From: Acidimicrobiales bacterium
GTDB lineage: Bacteria; Actinomycetota; Acidimicrobiia; Acidimicrobiales; Aldehydirespiratoraceae
DNA: 64,000 nt
Assembly (NCBI GenBank): GCA_965214945.1
Contig: OZ244029.1
Location: 872,533-936,532 of the forward strand
Reading direction: 5' to 3'
Shown here: positions 39,180-49,367 of the stretch, in pieces
How positions within the stretch are numbered: the first letter of the stretch is position 1
How the letters are laid out: every line of letters begins with the position of its first letter
Notes under the pieces: model-generated
The model's database searches: none
Seen by the model: only the letters and a program-made list of their open reading frames with translations
What the model was told of the DNA's origin: nothing
Program-made: the position numbers and the translations under genes

Positions 39180-42100
39180 TTGACGATTACCACCCCGCAG
39201 AGCGTGTACGACGACATCAAGCAGGCGTACCTCCGTTATGTCGACACGACGTTCTGGCTCCGGTCATCCGCGCTCAGATCCGAACGAAGACGCCTACTCG
39301 AGGAGACTGATCTGCTCTTCACAGATGTACTGGTCGAGCCCGTTCTTCCCTACGACGCAACGGTTCCCCTTGATGAAGTCGTAGGCGACCTAGGCATTGA
39401 TCCACAGGTGGGCGAACTCGTCGGCCAGGCACTGTTCGGGGTGTTCACGAAGCCTGGCTGTCCCTACCTGCTGCGTTCACATCAAGCAGAGGCTCTTCGG
39501 CAGTCCCTCCAGTCTGGGGTTGCAGATGGCCGCAACGTCGTAGTGACCTCCGGCACAGGTTCCGGCAAGACAGAATCCTTTCTGCTTCCCGTGCTCACCA
39601 GGCTCGTAGACGAAGCCCTTGCATGGCTGCAGGATCCCCCTATCCATCCCTGGTGGGACCAGACCCGGGAGCCTTGGATTGGCTCTCGGCATGGCTCCTT
39701 CCGCCAGGCCGCAATCAGAGCTGTCGTTCTCTACCCGACCAATGCGCTAGTCGAGGATCAAGTGACTCGTTTGCGAAGAGCCATCAGGTCGATCAGAGGC
39801 TCTGGCGGTCCGCAGCTCTGGTTCGGACGCTACACGAGCGCAACACTCGGCTCGGGGAATCCTCCGGCAACGTCGCGAGATCGTAGAAAGGTGGAAGAAG
39901 CCGGCCGTGAGCTTCGCGCAATGACGAGCGAGTACGACGTCCTCATCAACGTAGATGGGATCGATCTCGCGGAGTTTCCTGATCCGCGCCAAGGCGAGAT
40001 GCTGACCAGATGGGACATGGTTACAAGCCCGCCAGACGTGCTTGTAACGAACTACTCGATGCTCAACGCTATGCTCATGCGCGATATCGAGGAACCGATG
40101 TTCGAGGCCACCCGACAGTGGCTTCGTAGCGATGAGGGCAACGTGTTCTCCCTGGTTGTCGACGAACTCCATCTCTACCGCGGGACGCAGGGGTCAGAAG
40201 TCGCGATGATCGTCCGCAACCTTCTGAGCCGTCTCGGACTTAACCCAGAATCGCCACAGCTGCGGTGTCTGGCGACCTCGGCGTCATTAACCGACAACCC
40301 GAGCAGCCTTGACTACCTTGAGCAGTTCTTTGGTGTTCCACGCTCTTCATTCTTCGTCACGGCAGGATCTCCCCGTTCTGTTGACACTGATCTGCCGATC
40401 AGTGGGTCTGACTTGCTCCACACATGGCAGAGCACTCCCGCAGCTGACCGAGGCATCGCAGTAGTCGAGCAGTTCTCGCTTCCTGAAGCTGTTGCATCGG
40501 CTTGCCAAGATCACGAAGGGCATGTGCGCGCTACACGCCTTGATGAACTCGCTGTGAAGCTGTTTGGCAACAATTCAGACCCATGTGCGTTTCAAGTCGC
40601 CCTTGAAGCACTGGGAGGCCTGAAGGCGGGAGCAGACTCAATACCACTTCGGGCACACATGTTCGCCCGTACTATGCGCGGGCTCTGGGCTTGCTCCAAT
40701 CCTTCATGCGACCAGGTGAGCCGCCAAGAAGATCTGGGTATCGGACGCATATTCGGTATCGCCACATCGACCTGCGGATGTGGCGGCCGAGTCCTCGAGC
40801 TCCTCTATTGTTTCGAGTGCGGCGACGTCAGCCTCGGCGGATACGTGGCCACGGAAGAGGAAGGCGTCACATTCCTCACCTCGACACCCGCCGACGTGCT
40901 CGCGGGCAAGGCCGCCCCCGTTTTCAAGCGATTGCACAATGCCTACCGGTGGTACCGTCCAGGCCCCGAACGCAGCTGGCGGACGTGGGGTCCGACGACC
41001 CCGTGTGGCAAGAAGATCAAGATCGGCTTCGCAGCCACCGACTACGACCCACTGCTAGGCGCTCTGATCACGCCACCGGAGGGATCCGGCACTGGAATGC
41101 TCCTCGCGGGCATTCCAGCAGACGAGAACCTGCGGACGCCATCCCTGCCAGTGCACTGTCCACGCTGCGATCAACGAACCGGAGTCCTTGATGGTCACAC
41201 CTACTTCGTAGGCGAGGTTCGCAGCCCAATTCGTGCACACATGTCCGGTATCGACCAGGCAACTCAGCTGCTGATGACTCAGCTTCACCGGTCTATGGGA
41301 GACACGGTCGAGGAATCCCGCACGATCGTCTTCACGGACAGCCGTGAAGGTGCAGCACGCACCGCCAGCGGCACCGAACTCAACCAATTCCGTGATCTCG
41401 TCCGGCAGCTCACCCGGCGAGTTCTCCAGCAACAGGAAGACCACATCGACATCATGCGGCGCGGTTCTGCAGATATCGACGCTCTAGAGCCAGAAGAGCG
41501 AGTGCTCTACGATCAGATCGCTGCAGGAGATGCGGCACTTGCCCAAGCCTTTCTCCGTGACCATCTCGGCGCAGCAACACCTGTAGATATTGAGCGCATC
41601 GCTGCGTTCGAGGCCCAACATAGCGGATCCAAGCAATTCGTATCATGGGGTTCTATCATACATCGCCTGAGCAAAGAATTGCTCCAACTTGGCCTGAACC
41701 CTGCAGGCCCTGACGCTTCCCTCCGAACATTTGACAACGCTGATGACGTCCCTTGGTATCGTGCCTGGGAGCCACCCAAACCCGGTCTTTGGCATCAGGT
41801 CGAGTTCGACCTCGCTCAGCAGGCCCAGCAACGGCAGAAGGAACGCCTCACGATCAGAGTCGCTGAGGGTGCCTTCGATCGCGCAGGACGAGACCTGGAG
41901 TCGATCGGCCTCGGGATCGTTGAGCCCAGCATCGCCAATCCTTTATCTTGGCCACTCGGCAACGACGAAGCACAAGAAGTCGTCAGGTCCGTAACCCGAA
42001 TCCTGGGCACCATGGGCCGATACGACGGCAGCTACTACCGGCATCCCAGCGACAACCCTCCAAAGAATGTCAAGGACTATCTCGTTGCGGTATCAGCCGG

Positions 42101-44546
42101 GCGATGTGACGAAGAAGCACTGATAAAGCATGTGTCGACTCTCTTCTTAGGCAGTATCGCGCCAGACTGGATTCTTGCAACAAACCCAGTTCGATCTACC
42201 CTGCGGGTCATCAGTCCCACCTCTTCATCCCGCTGGGTCTGCTCAAACTGCGCACGTGTGCATCTTCATCCGTCTGCCGACGTGTGCTCTGGTACCGGCT
42301 GCAACGCGCGTGGACTCATCGAACAAGAAATAACACCCGACAACTTCGAGGACTACTACTCATGGCTTGCCCAGTTGCCCCCGCGTCGACTTCGCGTTCG
42401 CGAATTGACAGGACAAACGAAGCCTCTCGACCTTCAACGCCAACGCCAACGCATCTTCAAGGGAGCGGTTCTTCCGCCACCGAGAGAAGAAGCCACGTGT
42501 GACGGCATCGACGTGCTCAGTGTGACGACAACGATGGAGGTCGGCGTGGACATCGGCTCGCTTCGATCCGTCATGATGGCCAACGTCCCGCCCCAGCGTT
42601 TCAACTACCAGCAGCGCGTTGGACGCGCTGGCCGCATGGGTCAAGCCTTCTCGTACGCACTCACCCTTGTACGCGATCGCACACACGACGACTACTACTA
42701 CAAGCACACCCACAAGATAACCGGGGATGCGCCACCCCAGCCCTTTCTCGACACGAGGCGAGACCGAATTCTCAAGCGAGTAGCCAGCGCCGAGCTGCTT
42801 CGGCGAGCCTTTTTGTCTCTGCCCAATCCGCCCAAGCGGACTGCGGACTCGATCCACGGTGTTTTTGGACGAACGGATGAATGGGAGGGCCTACATCGGA
42901 GCGGAGTCCGCTCCTTCCTCGAACAGGCTCCCGACGTTGACGAGGTCGTAGGGCGCCTTAGTGCCTTCACGGGTATGCCCCACGACACACTTGGCGATAT
43001 CGTTCTCTGGCAGCGCAGCAACCTGGTGCTCAAAATCGACGAGGCGGTGCAAAGCCCCTACTACCGACAGCCAGAACTCTCCGAACTGCTAGCGAATGCA
43101 GGTCTACTGCCCATGTTTGGGTTTCCAACCCGGGTCCGCAACCTCTACGGGAGGTGGATCAAGTTGCGCGAAGATCTTGACGCTTACACAGTGAGCACCC
43201 GTCCGCTCGACCAAGCCATAGCGCACTTCTCGCCAGGCTCTGAGGTCACACACGAGGGGTCTATCTACACGTGTGTTGGATTCGCCGCATATGACATCAA
43301 GGCGGGCCGGCCCTTCCCAGTAGATCCACTGAGTGAGAGAATCGAGTTCAGCCGATGTGTTGGGTGTGATCGCACGGAAGTGTCCGGGAACGATATATTG
43401 CACGCCTGCCCTGCCTGTGACAGCGAACTTGAGATCGTTCCGTTGCACCAGCCTCTGGGCTTCAGGACCTCTTACTCGCCTAGGAACTATGATGACATCG
43501 TTGAGGGTGTGGGGTCCATTGGATTTCCTCAACTCGCCATGCGTCCAGGCACGGGTGACTCGGAGACGGTTGGCGCAATGGTTGTCGAAAGATGGGAAGA
43601 GCCGGTCTCGGTGGTGCGCATCAACGACAATGAGGGAAGACTTTTTTCGCTCCTCCGCGAACGCGACGGCACCGTTGTTTGCGATGACGACTCGCTTTAT
43701 AGGAAGCAGAAGAGTTTCGAATCCGCTGGTTCGACTAGACTCGAATCAGCGGCGATAGGAGAGATTAGGCCGACCGATGTCGTGACACTCTCCCTTGAGC
43801 AGGTCGCGTTGCACGGAGGTGTCATACCCACGGCCGGCTATCTGGCGCCCGCCGGAATGAGTGCGATGTGGTCATTCGCAGAGCTCATGCGGCGAGGGTG
43901 TCAGGTCGCGCTTGACCTCCAACCGGATGAGATTCAGGTCGGCCTGCAGCCGATCCGAATTGGGGACTTTGAGACTCGCCTGATCTTTCTCGCGGATCGC
44001 CTTGAGAACGGCGCTGGCTACGCGCCGGAACTCGGCCAGAGCAAGCACCTCAAGCAGGTGTTGGATGGCATTCTCGGAGAGCTAGCTGACGAGTATGAGG
44101 GACCCGGTCATGCCGACGACTGTGGCCAATCATGCCCCGACTGCCTCCGCAGCTGGGACAACCGTCGATTGCACGGTTTGCTCGATTGGCGTCTGGCGCT
44201 GGACGTGGCAACCCTCGCCACTGGCTTGTCGCTTCGTACCGACCGGTGGCTGAGCCGCGCTGAGGGGCTTGCCGATCAGTTCGTCCGCGCGTACCACCAG
44301 GCCTTGCCATGCCGGATCGCTTTGGCTGGCGATTTGTTCGCTATCATCCGGCAAGACAACAAGGCTGCAGCGATCCTCGGCCATCCGCTATGGATGCAAG
44401 ATGAGAGATATCTCAACACCCAGCAATCCGAGGCTTACAACATCGTTCGATCAGACCTCGGTGTTCGGAATGCGTCCCTCACTGACCTCTGGGTGCTTGA
44501 CCGCATTCCGGCGAGGATCTTCAGAGTTCTCCGTGAAGCCGACTGA
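39180..44546 (+). CDS. druE: Giant DExH helicase fused to a DUF1998 domain, DruE-like (Druantia)
   Basis: [20 protein letters not shown] (I), [12 protein letters not shown] (Ia), [16 protein letters not shown] (II), [37 protein letters not shown] (V-VI). Several Cys4 clusters. C-terminal DUF1998-type [26 protein letters not shown] start with AGGA upstream. 1788 aa. Confidence 0.7.
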   Translation: MTITTPQSVYDDIKQAYLRYVDTTFWLRSSALRSERRRLLEETDLLFTDVLVEPVLPYDATVPLDEVVGDLGIDPQVGELVGQALFGVFTKPGCPYLLRSHQAEALRQSLQSGVADGRNVVVTSGTGSGKTESFLLPVLTRLVDEALAWLQDPPIHPWWDQTREPWIGSRHGSFRQAAIRAVVLYPTNALVEDQVTRLRRAIRSIRGSGGPQLWFGRYTSATLGSGNPPATSRDRRKVEEAGRELRAMTSEYDVLINVDGIDLAEFPDPRQGEMLTRWDMVTSPPDVLVTNYSMLNAMLMRDIEEPMFEATRQWLRSDEGNVFSLVVDELHLYRGTQGSEVAMIVRNLLSRLGLNPESPQLRCLATSASLTDNPSSLDYLEQFFGVPRSSFFVTAGSPRSVDTDLPISGSDLLHTWQSTPAADRGIAVVEQFSLPEAVASACQDHEGHVRATRLDELAVKLFGNNSDPCAFQVALEALGGLKAGADSIPLRAHMFARTMRGLWACSNPSCDQVSRQEDLGIGRIFGIATSTCGCGGRVLELLYCFECGDVSLGGYVATEEEGVTFLTSTPADVLAGKAAPVFKRLHNAYRWYRPGPERSWRTWGPTTPCGKKIKIGFAATDYDPLLGALITPPEGSGTGMLLAGIPADENLRTPSLPVHCPRCDQRTGVLDGHTYFVGEVRSPIRAHMSGIDQATQLLMTQLHRSMGDTVEESRTIVFTDSREGAARTASGTELNQFRDLVRQLTRRVLQQQEDHIDIMRRGSADIDALEPEERVLYDQIAAGDAALAQAFLRDHLGAATPVDIERIAAFEAQHSGSKQFVSWGSIIHRLSKELLQLGLNPAGPDASLRTFDNADDVPWYRAWEPPKPGLWHQVEFDLAQQAQQRQKERLTIRVAEGAFDRAGRDLESIGLGIVEPSIANPLSWPLGNDEAQEVVRSVTRILGTMGRYDGSYYRHPSDNPPKNVKDYLVAVSAGRCDEEALIKHVSTLFLGSIAPDWILATNPVRSTLRVISPTSSSRWVCSNCARVHLHPSADVCSGTGCNARGLIEQEITPDNFEDYYSWLAQLPPRRLRVRELTGQTKPLDLQRQRQRIFKGAVLPPPREEATCDGIDVLSVTTTMEVGVDIGSLRSVMMANVPPQRFNYQQRVGRAGRMGQAFSYALTLVRDRTHDDYYYKHTHKITGDAPPQPFLDTRRDRILKRVASAELLRRAFLSLPNPPKRTADSIHGVFGRTDEWEGLHRSGVRSFLEQAPDVDEVVGRLSAFTGMPHDTLGDIVLWQRSNLVLKIDEAVQSPYYRQPELSELLANAGLLPMFGFPTRVRNLYGRWIKLREDLDAYTVSTRPLDQAIAHFSPGSEVTHEGSIYTCVGFAAYDIKAGRPFPVDPLSERIEFSRCVGCDRTEVSGNDILHACPACDSELEIVPLHQPLGFRTSYSPRNYDDIVEGVGSIGFPQLAMRPGTGDSETVGAMVVERWEEPVSVVRINDNEGRLFSLLRERDGTVVCDDDSLYRKQKSFESAGSTRLESAAIGEIRPTDVVTLSLEQVALHGGVIPTAGYLAPAGMSAMWSFAELMRRGCQVALDLQPDEIQVGLQPIRIGDFETRLIFLADRLENGAGYAPELGQSKHLKQVLDGILGELADEYEGPGHADDCGQSCPDCLRSWDNRRLHGLLDWRLALDVATLATGLSLRTDRWLSRAEGLADQFVRAYHQALPCRIALAGDLFAIIRQDNKAAAILGHPLWMQDERYLNTQQSEAYNIVRSDLGVRNASLTDLWVLDRIPARIFRVLREAD

Positions 44547-44557
44547 CTTCCCAATAG

Positions 44558-44662
44558 GATGACGTTCTCGACGACATGGAACGACTTGCCTGGCACACCG
44601 AGGCAGACGTGGATCTTGAACTCGGTATGCCTCTTCAACCCAAGGGGATTGATCCCCGGTAA
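44558..44662 (+). pseudogene. 34-codon scar of a paralogue of the gene at 50329-51306
   Basis: Translation DDVLDDMERLAWHTEADVDLELGMPLQPKGIDPR-stop, against DPDVLDDIERLARYDEADVDLVLGMPLQPKGIDPRY inside the 50329-51306 product. It begins 12 nt after the druE stop, preceded by an in-frame TAG. Confidence 0.75.
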
Positions 44663-44718
44663 TGGTGCTCACAGGCAGAGTCAACAGGCTCGACCGAGAA
44701 AAGGAGCACTGTCGTATC

Positions 44719-45333
44719 TTGTCCGCCTTTGAGCCGGTTCTCTTGGAGCAGTATCGACCGCAAGGCCGGCTTCGCCTTGGTAGCTTGCTGCTCGTCGGTG
44801 TTATCGCTCTGGCGCTGTTGTTCGCAGGATGTTCAAGTGACTCTGATGATTCCGACGACGCAGACACCGAGTCAGACAGCAGCACTGAACAGGACTCCGG
44901 CTCAGGTGCCGCATTCGATGCTGATCGCGAAGCGGCAATCGCGGTGTTGGTCGAGTTGTACACCGCGACGGCCGACGAGCCGTACCAATTCTTCAGCCCC
45001 GTCGAGGCTCGCTGCATCGCCGAGGGGGTCGTCTCCGAACTCGACCTCTCTGAGCTGCCCACTGACCTCACAGACCTGGCGACCGCCGACCCCACCAGTC
45101 AACCTGACATCGACTTCTTCGCCCTCCAACGCAGTTGCATCAACGGCCCTGCCCGCCTCGAGCAGCTTCTCGCGCCGGGCATCGGTGCCGAGGCAGCAGC
45201 CTGCGTGGCAGAGCAGGTCAGCGCCGAGTCGGCTTACGCCTACGCAGTCGGGCCGTTCCTGGAAGATGCAGATATCCCGCCTGAGGACCAAGCCGCCGTC
45301 GTAGGCCACATTGAGGCCTGTCAGACCGGCTGA
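44719..45333 (+). CDS. Acidic secreted lipoprotein, unknown function
   Basis: Signal peptide with lipobox (RLRLGSLLLVGVIALALLFAGCSS), then a D/S-rich linker. Start uncertain: TTG 44719 follows AAGGAG (44701-44706); the ORF track opens at 44662. Confidence 0.5.
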   Translation: MSAFEPVLLEQYRPQGRLRLGSLLLVGVIALALLFAGCSSDSDDSDDADTESDSSTEQDSGSGAAFDADREAAIAVLVELYTATADEPYQFFSPVEARCIAEGVVSELDLSELPTDLTDLATADPTSQPDIDFFALQRSCINGPARLEQLLAPGIGAEAAACVAEQVSAESAYAYAVGPFLEDADIPPEDQAAVVGHIEACQTG

Positions 45334-45618
45334 ACGGCAACCGAGATCCGTTGCCAACCCAGAGCACCAAATCGGATGAGGCCTGAGGCGTCATGACCAC
45401 GGATCCCGCGGCCGTGCCGCCCATCAAATTACGCAGAGGGTTACGGCTACGTCGACCAGCCCAATAGGGTTAGCCGTCCTCCTGGCCTGAGTCTGAGGCG
45501 GGTACTGATGATGTGAACCTATAGCGGAGCGGGCCAGGCACACATACCCACATCAATCCCGGGTGTCACAGCTCAGCGGTACGGTCGCACTCATCTATTC
45601 AATGTGAGAGGGATACCT

Positions 45619-47040
45619 ATGGTTAAACATGATCTTTCGCTCAGCCAGCTGCCAAATGGAGGCACTGCTCAAGCGATTCCTCTTCCCGGGAGCGAGTTGT
45701 GGTCTACGGTGGGGGACATGGCTGCTGCTACGCGTCCACGCACCAATGCCAGAATGAACATGCTCTTGGCGCGAGACGCCCCCGCACACGACTGGTACCG
45801 GTTCGTGTTGTCGTTCCCTCCTCACCTTGTGCGTGATTACGCTCAGCGATTCGGTCTCACCACCAAGAGTCGCCTTCTTGACCCGTTCGCCGGAACGGGT
45901 ACAACCCTCGTCGAAGCGAAGAAGCTTGGCTTGCCCAGTTATGGTCTTGAAGCGGTGCCTGTGTCCAGGCTCGCGGCTTCCACAAAGGTCAATTGGAGTC
46001 CTGATCCTGACAAGTTTATCAAGCATGCTGATCTTGTGGCCGAGAAGACCCTCACGATGTTGGCTGTGGACGGCATCTCTGATGAGCCGGCATCATCTGA
46101 CCCGCGAGGAGTGAGGCTACTGACGCTTCCTTCCGCCAGCGCGAAGTTGCTGCTCAAGAACTCCATCAGCCCGCTGCCGCTTCACAAGGTGCTTGTCTTG
46201 CGTGACACCATCGACAGTGAACACAAAGCGGCCTTTGCTGACCACGAACGGCTCGCATTGGCTCGCATCTTGCCTGTAGAGGTTGGCAATTTGCGGTTCG
46301 GGCCGGAGGTGGGTCTCGGAAGTGTCAAGCAAGATGCGCCGGTGGTGTCCGCGTGGCTCAACCGCGTCCGTGCAATGTGTTCTGATCTCCATCAGCTCCG
46401 GCCTCAGGCCGCAACCCCGGCGGCAGCCCTCGACGGAGACGCTCGAGCCGTTGATGAGCACCTGACACCGCGCAGTGTTGATGCAGTCATCACATCCCCG
46501 CCATACCCGAACGAGAAGGACTACTCGCGCACCGTGCGCCTCGAATCGGTCATTCTGGGTTATCTCAGCAGCCGAGCGGACTTGCAAGCGATGAAGAAGC
46601 GACTCGTTAGGTCCAATTCTCGGGGCGTCTACCGCGACGACGGCGACGACTCCTGGGTTCGAGACAACAGCGAAGTCAACCGTGTCGCTGCAGCGATAGA
46701 GGCCCGCCGCATTGAACTCGGTAAGGACTCCGGATTTGAGCGCATGTACCATCGGGTTACCAAGCTGTACTTCGGCGGGATGGCACGTCATCTGACTTCC
46801 TTGAGCCATGTCCTCACACCGGGAGCACGGCTGGCGTATGTTGTCGGAGACCAGGCCTCTTACCTGAGAGTCATGATTCGCACCGGTAAAATGCTGGCTG
46901 AGATAGCGGAGCGCGCCGGATACGAAGTTGAGTCAATCGACCTGTTTCGCACCCGCCATGCAACTGCCACACGAGAGCAACTCCGTGAGGAAGTACTCGT
47001 TCTGCGCTGGCCAGGTAGCGGGCGGGACGGCCAACCATAA
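45619..47040 (+). CDS. DNA methyltransferase (amino-MTase; SPPY motif suggests N4-cytosine or N6-adenine)
   Basis: AdoMet motif LDPFAGTGTTLVEAKKLG (aa about 90) precedes the catalytic AVITSPPYPNEKDY (aa about 295), i.e. motif I, then a variable region, then motif IV. ATG 45619 is preceded by GAGAGGG. Confidence 0.75.
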   Translation: MVKHDLSLSQLPNGGTAQAIPLPGSELWSTVGDMAAATRPRTNARMNMLLARDAPAHDWYRFVLSFPPHLVRDYAQRFGLTTKSRLLDPFAGTGTTLVEAKKLGLPSYGLEAVPVSRLAASTKVNWSPDPDKFIKHADLVAEKTLTMLAVDGISDEPASSDPRGVRLLTLPSASAKLLLKNSISPLPLHKVLVLRDTIDSEHKAAFADHERLALARILPVEVGNLRFGPEVGLGSVKQDAPVVSAWLNRVRAMCSDLHQLRPQAATPAAALDGDARAVDEHLTPRSVDAVITSPPYPNEKDYSRTVRLESVILGYLSSRADLQAMKKRLVRSNSRGVYRDDGDDSWVRDNSEVNRVAAAIEARRIELGKDSGFERMYHRVTKLYFGGMARHLTSLSHVLTPGARLAYVVGDQASYLRVMIRTGKMLAEIAERAGYEVESIDLFRTRHATATREQLREEVLVLRWPGSGRDGQP

Positions 47041-47079
47041 TGCAGTCACAATCTCGAACATCCAGAGGACTGACCTGAC

Positions 47080-47910
47080 ATGCCAACGACGAGCCTGGCA
47101 CAACAGATCATCGAGAGAATCTTCAGCAAAAAGCACGCTGAGGGCATTGAAAAGGTCACATTCACCAGGGAGGACTTGGGTCGTGCCGCTGAAGCGTTGG
47201 GGGCATCTCAACCCAAGAACCTTGGCGACATCGTGTACTCGCTGCGCTATCGACAGCCACTACCTGACTCCATCAGACAAACCGCACCTCCAGGACGTGA
47301 ATGGGTTATCTTCCCCGGCGGCAATGCCGTGTACACACTGCGGACCGTGCCATTTAGCTCTATTGAACCAAGACAAGGCCTTGCCACAATTCGCCTACCC
47401 GACGCCACACCCGGCGTCATCTCAAAGTACTCTCTCACAGATGAACAGGCCCTCCTGGCCGAGGTACGGTACAACAGACTGCTGGATGTGTTCACAGGCC
47501 TTACTTGTTACCCTCTTCAAAGCCACTTGCGCACAAGTATCACCATCACCAGTGATATCGACGGGACACCAAGCAGCTCACAGGTTGAAACGGACGACCT
47601 ATATGTTGGTCTGGACGAACACGGAGCACATTATGTGCTGCCGGTCCAGGCCAAACGTGGCTCTGATTTCTTGAGCGTCATCCAGATTTGGCAGGATTTC
47701 CGGGTCGCCAACCAGAAGTTCCCTCGCTTGATTGCCAGGCCGATTGCAGCACAATTCATGGGCCACGGTGCGATAGCACTCTTCGAATTTCGGGAATTCA
47801 ATGATCAGATCACCATTGCTAAAGAGCACCATTACAGCCTGGTTCTGCCTGAAGAACTTACGCGTGAGGAAATCGCAGAGTATTCAACCGCTGCCCAGCG
47901 ATCTCGCTGA
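47080..47910 (+). CDS. Putative type II restriction endonuclease (PD-(D/E)xK-like)
   Basis: Sits 39 nt downstream of the methyltransferase. Candidate catalytic block ETDDLYVGLDEHGAHYVLPVQAKRG (D...QxK). No other recognisable domain. Confidence 0.5.
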   Translation: MPTTSLAQQIIERIFSKKHAEGIEKVTFTREDLGRAAEALGASQPKNLGDIVYSLRYRQPLPDSIRQTAPPGREWVIFPGGNAVYTLRTVPFSSIEPRQGLATIRLPDATPGVISKYSLTDEQALLAEVRYNRLLDVFTGLTCYPLQSHLRTSITITSDIDGTPSSSQVETDDLYVGLDEHGAHYVLPVQAKRGSDFLSVIQIWQDFRVANQKFPRLIARPIAAQFMGHGAIALFEFREFNDQITIAKEHHYSLVLPEELTREEIAEYSTAAQRSR

Positions 47911-47941
47911 GAATTGTGACCATACCCATTAGTCCGTCCAA

Positions 47942-48015
47942 ATGGCGATGAATGGGCCAGGTGACTCATTCGACCTTGAAGGCCTTGTGGCCATGGTGAC
48001 CGGCGGCAGCCGATG
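47942..48015 (+). pseudogene. N-terminal stub of an SDR gene
   Basis: FDLEGLVAMVTGGSR is the start of the SDR Rossmann motif. The reading frame then degenerates into short tandem repeats (ggcgacgcctcagaga twice, 48034-48067). Confidence 0.35.
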
Positions 48016-48108
48016 CAGCGGAGTCCGGGATCAGGCGACGCCTCAGAGACCGGCGACGCCTCAGAGATCAGACCGGCGAAGCCTCGATGATCGAGACCGG
48101 CAGGGATT

Positions 48109-48732
48109 CTACAGACCGAACGACGGGTAGTGGGTGGTGACCATGCTGACGTAGACCCCGACGCGGTACAAGTAGTTGGCGAAGGCCACCAGGAAGTTGC
48201 GCATGCCCTTGGGCCAGCGTCCCGTGAACAGCACCGCGAACCAGGCGAGGATCACGACCACAAGGGCGCCGATGCCGATCACCACGATCACGATGTAGTG
48301 TGGTATCGCCAGCAGGAAGTTGAACAGCGCCCTTCTCGGAGTGCGCTCCGGCACGTCCGGGAGGTTGAAGCGCAGAGGCGAGTAGGCGCCGTTGTCGTCG
48401 ACGGAGAAGTTGAAGTCGAAGGGCGCGTACTTCTCGCTGTAGCCGAAGAGAAAGGCATCTGCTCGGGCCTCGTAGCGCAAGCAGCCGGCCTGGGCTGCCC
48501 AGAGCCCAGAGTTGAGACGGCCGGTGAACAACAGGTGAAACCAATTGAGGAGCAGCACGACCTGGCTTAGCACATTCAGCGTGTAGCCCACAAGGCCGTG
48601 CGGAATGTACATCAGCCAATGCACGAGCGGCCGCCAGTTGGCAACCTCATAGGGGCTGTCGAGCACGTAGATGTCGCCATCGGCGGCCACCGGCGAGGAC
48701 TGGATTGAGGTGTTGTTGTCCATGGCCGCCAA
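48109..48732 (-). CDS. DUF4389-like membrane protein
   Basis: Two hydrophobic hairpins with the repeated signature WFHLLFTGR / WFAVLFTGRWP, as I recall for DUF4389. TTG at 48732 or ATG at 48723 as start. Confidence 0.5.
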   Translation of the reverse strand: MAAMDNNTSIQSSPVAADGDIYVLDSPYEVANWRPLVHWLMYIPHGLVGYTLNVLSQVVLLLNWFHLLFTGRLNSGLWAAQAGCLRYEARADAFLFGYSEKYAPFDFNFSVDDNGAYSPLRFNLPDVPERTPRRALFNFLLAIPHYIVIVVIGIGALVVVILAWFAVLFTGRWPKGMRNFLVAFANYLYRVGVYVSMVTTHYPSFGL

Positions 48733-48887
48733 CCGTAGCAGTTGCTGCCGATGCGTCAGGGGGTCTGGTATGACCTCCTGCGCCTATGCCGACTGGCGCG
48801 GCCCTGACGCCACCGTGGTGGGCCTCGGCAATGCGCCCGGCGCGTCTGCCGATACCCTGGCCGGCCTGGCCGCCAGTGATGCCCGAG

Positions 48888-49367
48888 ATGGCTATGGTCG
48901 ACTTCTCCGGCGACCTGCATCCTCCCACCCGGCTCGCCGCTGCGGTGTGGGCGAGCGTTCCGGTGAGTGGCGACGAAGACGCTCCGAAGGTTTGGGGCGA
49001 AGAGGAGGACGATGTGGGTGCGGATGCCCCAAGACCTGGAGACTGGTTTGTCGTTCCGAATGCCGTCACCGGGCTGCGTGCACCCGAACAGGGTGGCGTT
49101 CACCCTCTGATAGTCGCGTCAGCGTGGCCTGGCCCCCCGGTCATGCTTTTCCCGAGGTCGGCCAGTCGGGGTAGCTGGCACAAGGCCCATCAAGGCTCCT
49201 GCGGATTTGCATCCTGTCGCATTGACAAGGACGGCGAGATCGGCTTAGATCCCTGCATCGTCGACCCCTGTGATCTGACCGATTATTCCTGCAAGGAACC
49301 GGACGAGGAGATCATCGAATGGGTGATGGGTGGTGCTCACGCGAGTCGGAAACGAGGTCGGCGGTGA
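48888..49367 (+). CDS. Hypothetical protein, first gene of a four-gene coupled operon; possible MazF/PemK-like barrel (weak)
   Basis: RPGDWFVVPNAVTG...HPLIVASAWPGPPVMLFPRSAS resembles the GD-x-hydrophobic / RP-x-hydrophobic-V pattern of PemK-fold proteins. Start uncertain (48786, 48876 or 48888). Stop overlaps the next start (GTGA). Confidence 0.35.
   Translation: MAMVDFSGDLHPPTRLAAAVWASVPVSGDEDAPKVWGEEEDDVGADAPRPGDWFVVPNAVTGLRAPEQGGVHPLIVASAWPGPPVMLFPRSASRGSWHKAHQGSCGFASCRIDKDGEIGLDPCIVDPCDLTDYSCKEPDEEIIEWVMGGAHASRKRGRR

Noticed and set aside
36074-44546. An alternative call of this block plus the adjacent dcm pseudogene as class 2 DISARM (drmMII, drmE, drmA, drmB).
   Set aside because: Helicase and DUF1998 are fused in a single 1788-aa protein and no PLD gene follows. 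The methylase is divergent and dead. The two-gene layout fits Druantia type III better, but only an HMM or phylogeny can settle it.
45334-45360. A hairpin, ggcaac-N8-gttgcc, just after the lipoprotein gene stop, as a possible intrinsic terminator.
   Set aside because: The stem is only 6 bp and there is no U-tract, so it is not convincing.
48786-48887. The longer N-terminal extension of the first gene of the four-gene operon (ORF track start at 48786).
   Set aside because: The extension is Pro/Trp/Ala-rich and unlike the rest of the protein. It would also leave only about 50 nt for the divergent promoters shared with the DUF4389 gene. The start is kept at 48888 but is uncertain.
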